Assembly (NCBI GenBank): GCA_963665095.1
Contig: OY762069.1
Coordinates: 2,944,001-3,008,000, forward strand
DNA length: 64,000 nucleotides
Direction of reading: 5' to 3'
Origin: an uncultured Desulfobacter sp.
GTDB taxonomy: Bacteria; Desulfobacterota; Desulfobacteria; Desulfobacterales; Desulfobacteraceae
Part shown: positions 20,501 through 30,100 of the stretch, one piece after another
Layout of the letters: each line of letters begins with the position of its first letter
Position numbering within the stretch: the first letter of the stretch is position 1
Notes under the pieces: model-generated
Told to the model about the DNA's origin: nothing
The model's database searches: none
What the model saw: only the letters and a program-made list of their open reading frames with translations
Position numbers and translations under genes: made by a program

Positions 20501-20733
20501 TGGACACCGCCCTGCATCTCTTCGGATGCACCATGGAAATCAACTTCAGTTAAAACCAGTTTTTTGATGCAGACATCTTTAAAATTCTGCGCCTTCAAAT
20601 CCGCTTCAAGGGCCAAAACCTTCCCAAGCTGGTCCATGGGGAACACACTGGCCTTGTCCAGCCCCACACAAAGGCAGCCTTCGGGTTTCACCCGGATATA
20701 TTCACCGCCGGTTTTTACGATCAGAAGTTCCAT
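20497..20733 (-). CDS. 78-aa hypothetical protein
   Basis: AGGAAGG RBS; stop overlaps the start of the MDR-CobT gene (ATGA). Confidence 0.8.
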   Translation of the reverse strand: MELLIVKTGGEYIRVKPEGCLCVGLDKASVFPMDQLGKVLALEADLKAQNFKDVCIKKLVLTEVDFHGASEEMQGGVQ

Positions 20734-20768
20734 ATCATGACCTTCCTGTTTTCATTATTTTATAAGCC

Positions 20769-21869
20769 TCATACAAGACGATGCAGTTTAGCCAGTCCCA
20801 GTGCAGGATCACTGGTCTGGGTGGTCACCCACTTTTCAAGGGTCTCAAAGGCAGATCCTTTTTCAAGGAGCATGGCAGCTTTTTGAATGCCGCCCTCAAT
20901 ATCAGATGCCTTGCCGGCAGCATAAAAGATCAGACCTGCATTCAAAATCGCAGCATCTTTTCTGGCGCTCTCTTCCTTTCCAGCCATGAGCGCTGCAAAC
21001 CGCCGGGATTCACTGTCCACATCTTTTTCCGGAGCAAGGTCCGCACAATCGTTGGTCTTGATCCCGAATTTGCCCGGATCAATGATGAACTCTTCAATGT
21101 CATCCTGCCCGGACACCCGGGCACAGAAGGTGGGACCGCACACAGAGGCTTCATCCATGCCCTTGTCGGAATCCTGGATGGTCCCGTGCAGAATCACCGC
21201 ACTTTTATACCCGATCTCCTGCATCACTTCTGCCACAGGCTTAATCATTGCTTTTGAGTAGACGCCCCTGACCCCAATAGAGGGCAGCGCCGGATTGGCA
21301 AGGGATGCGGCAATGTTCAGGGTGGAGCCAAAATAGATCCCGGACAGAATCCGGCCCAGGGCATTGGGATGGATATGGGGGCTCATGCCGTTGAACAGGC
21401 CGATACCCGCGGTTTCAATACTTTTTGCCACAACGCCTGCATGGCACTCCACATCGACACCTAGGGCCTCTGCCATATCCACGGTGCCGCACACCGATGT
21501 AATGGCCCTGGATCCATGACGCGCCATGGGGATGCCGCCGGCTGCCGCAATAATGGACGCCGCCGTACTGATGTTAAAGGTTTTGAATGTATCCATGCCT
21601 GTGCCGCTGTTCTCCACAGGGCTTAAGGATGAATCAAGATCCACCCGGGTGGTGTCAAGGTCGTAGATGGCCTGCCAGGCACCGGCAACTTCACCGGCCG
21701 TCTCTCCTTTAGCCGTAAGGGCGGCTAAAAAAGCGCCCTGCTGCATGGGGGTGGTGGCATTGTCAAGAATGGTGCAAAAGGCCTGATGGGCTTGTTCGCG
21801 GGTAAGGGTCTCTTTGTTGATCAGACGGGTAATCACTGCGCCAAAGGCTTTGTCTGTCTGGACGGACAT
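20769..21869 (-). CDS. Divergent anthranilate-phosphoribosyltransferase-like (TrpD-family) enzyme
   Basis: GAFLAALTAKGET, NSGTGMD, TFNIST, RHGSR, GMDEAS, LNAG; start moved to ATG 21869 (CAGGAG RBS). Confidence 0.85.
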   Translation of the reverse strand: MSVQTDKAFGAVITRLINKETLTREQAHQAFCTILDNATTPMQQGAFLAALTAKGETAGEVAGAWQAIYDLDTTRVDLDSSLSPVENSGTGMDTFKTFNISTAASIIAAAGGIPMARHGSRAITSVCGTVDMAEALGVDVECHAGVVAKSIETAGIGLFNGMSPHIHPNALGRILSGIYFGSTLNIAASLANPALPSIGVRGVYSKAMIKPVAEVMQEIGYKSAVILHGTIQDSDKGMDEASVCGPTFCARVSGQDDIEEFIIDPGKFGIKTNDCADLAPEKDVDSESRRFAALMAGKEESARKDAAILNAGLIFYAAGKASDIEGGIQKAAMLLEKGSAFETLEKWVTTQTSDPALGLAKLHRLV

Positions 21870-21933
21870 ATAGGTATTCTCCTGGATAAAACTGTTTTCC
21901 AGGATTGTCCTTCCAGCAATCAATCCTTATAAA

Positions 21934-22150
21934 CTCGCAAGGCAGGCTTTCCGGCTGACGGATCATCCCTTTGGGTTTTGCGCCTTCCCCCTGCAGCCCG
22001 GTATTTCCAAACTGCAAAAGTGGCATCCTGCAAACCCTGGTCCCCGGTCACGGCAACGGCTGGCATGCAACGGATTCTCACCGTTTTTCCTATTATTCGC
22101 TCCTGAACCCCGATAATTTTCCGGTTTTAGAAGCAGACACCTTAACGAAG
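21934..22150 (-). ncRNA. Cobalamin riboswitch
   Basis: Minus strand has AAGGTG...AATAGGAAAAACGGTGAGAATCCGTT...GCCGTGACCGGGGA...GCCACT...GGGAAGGCGC...GATCCGTCAGCCGGAAAGCCTGCC, the hallmark order ending in the B12 box; cobT lies downstream. Confidence 0.92.
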
Positions 22151-22157
22151 CGGATTT

Positions 22158-22186
22158 AATATAAGAGGAGAAGATAAATTTGTCAA
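22158..22186 (-). promoter_or_regulatory. Sigma70 promoter of the riboswitch leader
   Basis: TTGACA-N17-TATATT directly upstream of the riboswitch. Confidence 0.8.
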
Positions 22187-22316
22187 CGAGCCGTTCAAAC
22201 ACCCAATACGGGATTTTCGCTCAGGCAATAGATATTCGGTGGTATCCATCCGTAACATATATTTTTGTCCAATTCCCACAGTGATTTAATATGACCGGGG
22301 GATATATAAGGTCGTC

Positions 22317-23762
22317 CTATATGTTTAACATATCCTTTACATTAATATCGATTCCAAGGACTCCGGCAAACCGATCTTATGCATTCAAAGGAACAGGCAC
22401 GGTAAAACAAAACGCCTTGGTTGCAGAGGACCGATAGACCTCTGAGATAAAGGTGCTGCCAGTTTTGGCAGGCGTGGTATACTAAACCTTTTCTCCCCAG
22501 TCTTTGCCATACCCCTGTTCAAGTCCCTGCTGATCCGCCAACACACGTGCATAGACATTGGAAGAGACCTGTTTGCCAGCAGCATCGGTGACATACCTAA
22601 GCTCGGCAAAGGGCATCCGCTCCAGCAACCGCGCCAACGCCTCATCCCGATCGTCTTTGGAACCTGCCAGAATTGAAGGTTCTCTGGAAGCCTCTTCAAC
22701 GGCTTGGCCTGCTTTCCGGTGGCCGGACAGATGAAACACGCCGCTGATAGGAGCCGTTTCGTCACAAACGGTATTCACCTGCTGCGCAATACCAAAAACG
22801 GTATCTGCATCCCTTACCTGATCCGCCAGGGCCGCTTCAATTTCAATGACATTTGCTGAAACCAGCCTGACATCTTCGGTTTGACGTTCTGCAGCCTCAT
22901 TGATTTCAGCCAGGCCTTCAGCAAGGGCACCAAAATGAGAACAGACATTATTTAAAGCGACATTGGCTTCATTGATCTGCTGCTCGCACGCAGTTACATT
23001 TTGGGCAACCTGCCCTGCGGCTTCAACGGTCCGCGCTATTTTTTCCTGTAGAACATTCAGACGGGTTTGAATATCCTGGGTGGCATTTTTCGACTGGTGG
23101 GCCAGATTTCCGACCTCCTCTGCAATTACTTTGAACCCGCGCCCGTCTTCCTGACCTCTTGCTGCTTCAATTCGGGCGTTTAAAGATAAGATATTGGTTT
23201 CATCAGAGATGCCGTTAATTACATCAATAATGGAACCAATGGAGTCAGAGTTTTCCTTGAGCACCTGAATGGCGTCCGACAGCTCGGTGACCTGCTTTTG
23301 AATATCAGAAAAACCCGCCATGGACAGATCCCCTTTATCAAGTGCATGGGTGACCTCTTTTTCAATCCCTGAAAATGTCTGTGTCAAATTCTGGGTTCGG
23401 CCTGATATTTTTTCTATTCCCTGGGAAATCCTTTGGTCTGCACTTGAAATTTCATTGGCTTTTTCGCTCTGCAGTCTGGCTTTACTTTTGAAATCACCAG
23501 ATATTCTGAACAGGTCCGGCCCCAGCGAGGCAAGGGCGACCACGCTTTTCATAATATTGGTCATTGTATGGTTTAATTTACCGAAAACCAGACCAAAAAT
23601 TGACTGCACCAGGGAATTAACCCCCAACTTACTGAAAAACTCGGGGTCAGCCAGATCCCAGGCCTGATCCAGTCGCGTTTTGAGTACAGCCATATTTGCA
23701 TCTTTTGATACCACCGTCCTATCTTTTAAGAATCCCAAAAATATGTTCCACTCCCTTTGCAT
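22317..23762 (-). pseudogene. Methyl-accepting chemotaxis protein with C-terminal Cache-like domain and two premature stops
   Basis: MCP core TNILSLNARIEAARG..GRGFKVIAEEV. The frame continues past TAG (22482-22484) and TAA (22377-22379) as DWGEKV*YTTPAKTGSTFISEVYRSSATKAFCFTVPVPLNA*DRFAGVLGIDINVKDMLNI. Confidence 0.8.
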
Positions 23763-23969
23763 GAGTGTCAGCCCAATATCAGCAAGTCAATTTATACGCA
23801 AAAAAATGCCAGGTGGCACCTTTATTTCAACCCGTTGGAAATGCATCATATTTATTCATTTTCGTTAAAGACCGGTTTGCTCTTTCTTACAATTATCGCT
23901 ATATTTTTCTAGTAAAATTCCATAATCATCATTTTCATTCAGGAAGGAAGGAAAGTGAGAACGCCACAA

Positions 23970-24725
23970 CTACTGCATCCAGATAATGGCTGCTGAAAAG
24001 GCAACTCCCAGGGCGATGACAAAACTTTCTTTCCCGTTGGGGCGGAATTGGGGGGCTGTCCGGTTTTCGCTGTAGCACCGGGCCTGCATGGAAAGACTTA
24101 AGTTGTCTGCGGATTGAAAGGATTTTCTCAACAGGGGCCAGGTCCGGTTGATAAGGCGCTGCAGGGGATTTTTTCTTAAATTTCCACACCTGGCATTGAG
24201 CGCATGGGAAACCTCCCGGGCGTTGATAAGAATCAGGGGAAAAAATTTGAGCGCCAGCCCCATGATTACGGCCACCCGCTGTTCAGGAATAAAGGGCACA
24301 GGCTTGAAAAACCACTGAACAGCAGCCTTGATTTCCATGGGCCGGGTGGTGGTGGTCAATAACAATCCCAGCAGCATGACGTTTAAAAAGCCCAGGGCAA
24401 CCAGACAGCCATCGCAAAGTCCCTGGCGGGTTAGGCAGAATCCGTAGAGGGATACCATGGCATCGCCGGGCGTCGCAGCCAACCTGGATATAAGTATCAA
24501 TAGCAGGAAGAAAAGAAATCCTTTCAGCTGCAAGAAAAGGATAACCGGACCAATCCCCAGCCTCTTGAGTAAAATGATGGAAAGGCCCAGACAGATAACA
24601 TTCCCGGACACCCCTGCCTTGAGCACAGCCAGACTCATCAGGCATACCAGAAAAAGTTTGCTCCGGACATCCAGGGTGTGCAACAGGGTGCCACCGGGAT
24701 AATAGGAAAAGAGCGTCACAGGCAC
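23970..24725 (-). CDS. bioN: ECF transporter transmembrane (T) component, BioN-like
   Basis: LHTLDVRSK, ALNARC and SMQARCY motifs; in operon with bioY. Confidence 0.85.
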   Translation of the reverse strand: MPVTLFSYYPGGTLLHTLDVRSKLFLVCLMSLAVLKAGVSGNVICLGLSIILLKRLGIGPVILFLQLKGFLFFLLLILISRLAATPGDAMVSLYGFCLTRQGLCDGCLVALGFLNVMLLGLLLTTTTRPMEIKAAVQWFFKPVPFIPEQRVAVIMGLALKFFPLILINAREVSHALNARCGNLRKNPLQRLINRTWPLLRKSFQSADNLSLSMQARCYSENRTAPQFRPNGKESFVIALGVAFSAAIIWMQ

Positions 24726-25459
24726 TGTGCCTCTGTCATGGGGGTAAACGGATTTTTCACGCCAAAGGATTCAAGCCTGGGGGCAAGTGTCAAAGGGTCT
24801 CCCTCTTCCACAATCCGGCCTTTGTCCATGATCACCATTTTAGTGGCGAGCGTAATTACCGGTGCCACATCATGGGTGGTCATGACGATGGCGTGGCCGG
24901 CCTGGTGCAGTTCAAGGCAGAGCTTAACCAGGGCGAGCACCGAGGGGTAATCCAGGTTGGCAAAGGGCTCGTCAAAAATAATGAGTTCCGGTTCCATGAC
25001 CAGGATACCGGCAATGGCAAGCCGCCGCTTTTCCCCGCCGGACAGGGTGGCGGGATTTCTGCCCTGCAGATGTTTAAGGCCCAGACGGTCCAGGGTGCGG
25101 CACACTCTGTCGTTGATGTCGCCCCGGTCCATGTTCAGATTTTCCGGGCCAAAGGCGGTCTCCTCAAACACAGTATCCCCGATGATCTGGGTATCCGGGT
25201 CCTGGAACACCATGCCTATTTTTTTTCGGGCCAGCGTAAGATCTTTCCGGATATCCTCTCCGTTAAGCAGCACCCTGCCTGTATTCGGTGTCAAAAGACC
25301 GTTGAAATGGCGGATCAGGGTGGTTTTCCCGCACCCGTTTTTCCCGGCAAGAAGTATAAAATCATCCCGGGCCACGGTCATGGAGATGTTAAATATCCCT
25401 GTCTTTTTTAAATCAAAGGAGTGGCACACATTGTCTATTTCCAGAAACCTTGGATTCAT
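24716..25459 (-). CDS. bioM: ECF transporter ATPase, BioM-like
   Basis: GKNGCGKT, FQDPDTQ, LSGGEKRR, IIFDEP. Confidence 0.88.
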   Translation of the reverse strand: MNPRFLEIDNVCHSFDLKKTGIFNISMTVARDDFILLAGKNGCGKTTLIRHFNGLLTPNTGRVLLNGEDIRKDLTLARKKIGMVFQDPDTQIIGDTVFEETAFGPENLNMDRGDINDRVCRTLDRLGLKHLQGRNPATLSGGEKRRLAIAGILVMEPELIIFDEPFANLDYPSVLALVKLCLELHQAGHAIVMTTHDVAPVITLATKMVIMDKGRIVEEGDPLTLAPRLESFGVKNPFTPMTEAQCL

Positions 25460-25464
25460 GGCCG

Positions 25465-26022
25465 CTACAACCGGATCATCGGACGAAGCTTTCTGGCAAT
25501 CACAACCGCTGCCGCCATTTTAATCACTGCGCCGATAAGAAAAGGATAAAGGCCCACTGTTAAGGTTTTTTCCCAGGAGAGCGCCAGCACATATTTGAGC
25601 CATGGCACCCCCAGCCCATAGATCACAGCCATGCCCGCAATAATGGCCGCAATATCCCGGACCAGGCGTTTACCGTCAGGGCCGGATATGACAGAAGAAA
25701 CAAATGCAGCAGGCAGGTAGGCCAGAAGATATCCGCCCGTGGGGCCGAACACCTTGCCAATACCTGAAGTGCCCCCGGCAAATACAGGCAGTCCTGCAAA
25801 CCCCATAAGCAGATAGACAGCCACGCATCCTGCGGCCCAGGCCGGCGGCAGGATTAAGCCTGCCAGCAGGACAAACATATTCTGAAGCACAATGGGGACA
25901 GGCCCCACTGGTATGGCGATAAAGGCACCCACACTGATCAGGGCAATAAACAGGGCTGAGTAGACAACGGGTCTGGCAGAAACATCCATGGATTTACCAG
26001 TGACTTCAAAATTTTCAGACAT
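25465..26022 (-). CDS. bioY: Biotin transporter S component BioY
   Basis: PVGPVPIVLQ, GLPVFAGG, GPTGGYL; start moved to ATG 26022, overlapping the birA end. Confidence 0.92.
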   Translation of the reverse strand: MSENFEVTGKSMDVSARPVVYSALFIALISVGAFIAIPVGPVPIVLQNMFVLLAGLILPPAWAAGCVAVYLLMGFAGLPVFAGGTSGIGKVFGPTGGYLLAYLPAAFVSSVISGPDGKRLVRDIAAIIAGMAVIYGLGVPWLKYVLALSWEKTLTVGLYPFLIGAVIKMAAAVVIARKLRPMIRL

Positions 26023-26968
26023 GAAAACAATCCCCGTAAATAATTTTCCGGGTGGTACCGTCTTCGCCCCTGACCATAAGCGCGCCGGTGTCATCCACAT
26101 CCAGCGCGGTACCCTCATACACGCAGTCATAGGTCTGAACCTTTACCCTGGCACCAATGGTGGCCGTCCTTTCTTTCCACTGACGAATGATCCGGGCCGG
26201 ATCAATGTCCGTAATTCTGGATTCAAAAAGATCCAGGAACCGGGTCAGAATCTTACTTCTGGATACCGGTTTCCCCAGGGCACGTTTCAGGGAAACAGTC
26301 TGATACTGATCTGAGTCAGGTTCATTGTTTACATTAAGACCGATACCTAAAAGCAGAAACTCCACCATGTCGGCCCGGGTTTCCATCTCAGACAGCATGC
26401 CCGACAACTTTTTACCGTCCAGAAGCAGATCATTGGGCCATTTAACACGGACGTCGAGGTCAAACAGACGGGCCAGCACTTCAGACATGCAGGAGGAGGC
26501 GGCAAAATTCACAGTCCAGGCCAGAGGGGGCGGCAGATCCGGCTTAAGGATCAGGGTAAACCAGAGTCCACCCCGGGCTGAGTGCCATTCCCGGTTCAAC
26601 CGGCCCCTGGACTTTGTCTGCACCTCGGCAATGATACAACTGGCATGTACCGAACCTGAACGGGCCATCTCCCTGGCCTGATCCATGGTGGAGCCAAGTT
26701 CCGGAAAATGAAAAATCCGTTCCTGAAGATGATCGGGAAAGCAGAAAGGGTAAAGCAGATTATCGGGATCCTGAAGCATATACCCGTTTGGCAGCCCCTC
26801 AATATTAACCCCGGCCTGCTGCAGCGCCTTAATGTGTTTCCACACGGCCACCCGTGAGATCCCGGCAGTTTCACTGATAGTCACCCCGGAAACAGCTGTT
26901 CCGGCTGAATGGTACAGCGCCTCAAGAATCTTTTGTCTCTTATCCGGCAGTATTTGGTTAACTTTCAT
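26015..26968 (-). CDS. birA: Bifunctional biotin-protein ligase/repressor BirA
   Basis: N-terminal HTH (SGVTISETAGISRVAVWKHI), STMD, RGRLNREW, KWPND, KLSGML, GIGLNVN. Confidence 0.93.
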   Translation of the reverse strand: MKVNQILPDKRQKILEALYHSAGTAVSGVTISETAGISRVAVWKHIKALQQAGVNIEGLPNGYMLQDPDNLLYPFCFPDHLQERIFHFPELGSTMDQAREMARSGSVHASCIIAEVQTKSRGRLNREWHSARGGLWFTLILKPDLPPPLAWTVNFAASSCMSEVLARLFDLDVRVKWPNDLLLDGKKLSGMLSEMETRADMVEFLLLGIGLNVNNEPDSDQYQTVSLKRALGKPVSRSKILTRFLDLFESRITDIDPARIIRQWKERTATIGARVKVQTYDCVYEGTALDVDDTGALMVRGEDGTTRKIIYGDCFHV

Positions 26969-26986
26969 AATGCGATATGGTTAACA
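26956..26986. promoter_or_regulatory. Putative BirA operator
   Basis: Minus strand TGTTAACC-N15-AGTTAACC resembles the TGTxAACC-N14/15-GGTTxACA BirA site and spans the birA start codon. Confidence 0.7.
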
Positions 26987-27158
26987 ACAAATACAGATAA
27001 TAGTCAAGCACAAAGTTTCAAGAAAGCTTTTGTCCCCCCGTGGAAATGCCTCAAATCAGGGAATGTTCAGAAGCAAAAAAAACAGCGCTTAAAGCTTTAC
27101 CGGCAGACCGTTTACAGGTACGTTACCATGGTGTGGCCGGCATCCTTTTTAGGAAAGA

Positions 27159-30100
27159 TCAAATTTCAAAGCCTACAGCAGAGACGTCATCACGGCGTTT
27201 AGCGGCTCCCTGGTAGTCTTTGAAGGTGTTATATATTGCATCGCCCTGTTGTGATACGGGCATATCTTGAACAGACTCAATAAGTTTCATGAAGTGTTTT
27301 TTACCAAAGCCTCTTTGCTTTGGGCCGCCGATCTGGTCAAAAATTCCGTCCGAGGACATGTAAAACCGCAATCCCGGTCTAACCTGCAATACGGTGTTGG
27401 TCCAGGTGGTATCCTGGGTAATGTACCGGTAGCCGATCCCTTTGCGATCTCCTTTAATTTTGCTGACACTGCTTCCGTCAACGCAAAATAATGGAAAACC
27501 TGCACCGGCAAAAATAAGTTTGTCTTTTTTATCAGGAATGAAAAGAACCCCCATTTCCAGACCGTCATCCGAGCAATGGTCATCGTCGCAGGCGCTGAGA
27601 TCCTGAACCAAAATCTGCTGTACAATTTTATGCATGGTGCTGATGAGCCCAGCGGTATCCCCAGGTTCAACGATCATGAGAGCCCTGTCCAAAGCGCCGG
27701 TTGCGATAAGGGTCATAAAAGCACCTGGCACACCGTGCCCTGTACAGTCCCCCAGCAACAGCAAACCGCCCTGCCCCCAGCGACGGCACCAGTAAATGTC
27801 TCCCCCTACCACATCCCTGGGTTCCCAGAGGACGAAATAGTTTCCCAGAATCTCTTGCATTGTCTGCCGGGTGGGAAGCACAGAGCGCTGGATGGTGCCG
27901 GCATAGTTGATGCTGGATTTGATCACCTGGAAGGCATCGTCCCTTTGCTCCCTGAGCTTCTTTCTCTCTGTGATGTCTTCGGACCAGGCGATTACACCGT
28001 TGACCTGGCCGTCCACGTCTTTCCAGGGCACCTTCAACATCCGCCGGAACCGATCCCCATCAGGTGTCTGGGTTACATATTCCGGAATTTCAACAGTTTT
28101 TCCCTGGTTGAGAACCTGATAGTCCAAATCCGTCATATCCGACTGGCTGCCGGCGGCCGGGGCGGCATCCTGGGTTGTACTTTCCTTTTGCAGTTTATTG
28201 ATCAGCCGGAACCTGCCTTCGGGATCCTTGACCGAAAGCCAGAAAGGAAGGCTGTTGATAATGTCTTCCATAAGCTTGTGGGACTTTCTTACCTCTTTTT
28301 CAGCTTTTTTCCTCTCCATGATCTCTTTGCCCAGCCGTCGGTTCCACACCATCACAAAACCGATAACAAGAAAGGCACTTGCGGCAAAAGGTGCCACCCA
28401 CAGAATTATGGTGCGCAGGTCAATACCATAGTTCACCTCAATTGCCATCCAGGCATTTTTTATGGCGCTGCGCTCCTTGTCGTCAATGGTGCCTAACGCC
28501 TTGTCCAGAATAGCCGCCAGTTGCGGCCAGTCCTTACGCACGCCAATGCACAGCTCGAACCGGTATTTTGTCGGTGCGGCTATTTTGATGTCATCCAGCT
28601 TATTGGATTCTATCTCATATGTAATGCTGCCCAAATTACCAACAAACGCGGCAATCTCTTTTCGGCCCAGTACGTTGAGGCCGTCGGCCACACTGTTGCA
28701 GTTAACCAGACTTAAGCCCGGGAAGTCTCTGGTCATAATTTCCCGGGTGATATCATCCGCCACCACACCAATTTTTTTACCCAGAAGATCGGTCAGGCTG
28801 TCAACAAAAGCCCCGTCTTTTCGAGTGGCAATGACAATGGGAAAGGAAATATAGGGCTGGGTAAAGTGAAGGATTTCTTTATGCGCCTCAGTTGGCGTCA
28901 CAGCCGGCAGCACATCCAAATCGCCTGTTTTTATTCCTTCAATGGTCTGTTTCCAGGTCAACCCGCTTATATACACAAAATCAACACCCAGGCGTTTGGA
29001 CAGTGCATCTGTGTACCCAGCAGCGATTCCTGTGAATTGATTATTTTCATCCAGAAATGTGAAGGGTCGCCTGACAAAATCGTCTCCCAGCCTCAGGGTT
29101 CTGTGTTCACTGAGCCAGCGGCGCTCCTTGGGTGTCAGCAGATCGTACAGTTTTCCCTGAAAGCCTTCTAAAAAAGGTAACCAGCGGCGGCGCATTTCCC
29201 GCAGCTCTTCACTGGTGAACGCATCAATCCCTTTTTGAAGGATGTCCCGAAGGACCACATTCTCTTTTAATACGGCCATATGCAGATCGGTCTCTTCCTT
29301 TGTATTCAGCAAGACCTCATCCATTATCCGAATATCAGGTATAACCCGGGTGTCCAGAATGTGGGAAATTACACCCATACTGCCGATAAAGGCATCAACA
29401 TGTTTCAAGGAGACCTCTTTAAGACCTTGCTCCACATTTTTAACAACCTGTTGTGTGATATCGGGGTACCGCTCCTTCATAACATCGGCGGTTGAAAAAT
29501 CGTCCACCACACCGACCGTCATCCCGCTGAGATCCGCCAGGGTTTTAATGTCGGTTCGGTCAGACCTGGCAACAACAACGCACGGATTTGTTGAATACGG
29601 CGATGTAAACGCCATGTATGTTTTCCGGTCCGATGTCATATAAACGGCAGGCAAAATGTCGATCTCTTTGGCTTTAAACTTATCAAGTAATTGCGACCAG
29701 GTATATCCGTTGACAAATTTTAGATCCAAACCCGTCTTCTTTGCCGCCAGACGGATCATATCAATACTCAGGCCTTTTGGCTGACCGTCAACCGCAAAGT
29801 CAAATGGGGGCCAGTCCAGTTCATTGGCAACCACCAGGGGGCGCTTCTTATTCGAAATCCATTTTTTTTCGTCGGAACTCAGGTTTGCCCCGGGTATAAT
29901 AACACTGGTTTCTCCCAGCCACTTTTTCCTGAGCAAAAGAAGTTTTTCCTCCGGGACAGCGGCCATGGCCTTTTCAAGTATTCCCGAAAGCGGGGCAACT
30001 TTCCGGCTTACACCGATATGCAGCGGAATGGGTGCCCCTTCACTGATGCCCAGGTATCCGCCCACCTTTATATTGGTGATCTGGAGCTGGTCCATAAGAT

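Noticed and set aside
22377..22484. Pyrrolysine read-through of the in-frame TAG in the MCP gene
   Set aside because: The TAG sits at a probable Trp (one change from TGG) and a TAA follows 35 codons later; ordinary decay is simpler.
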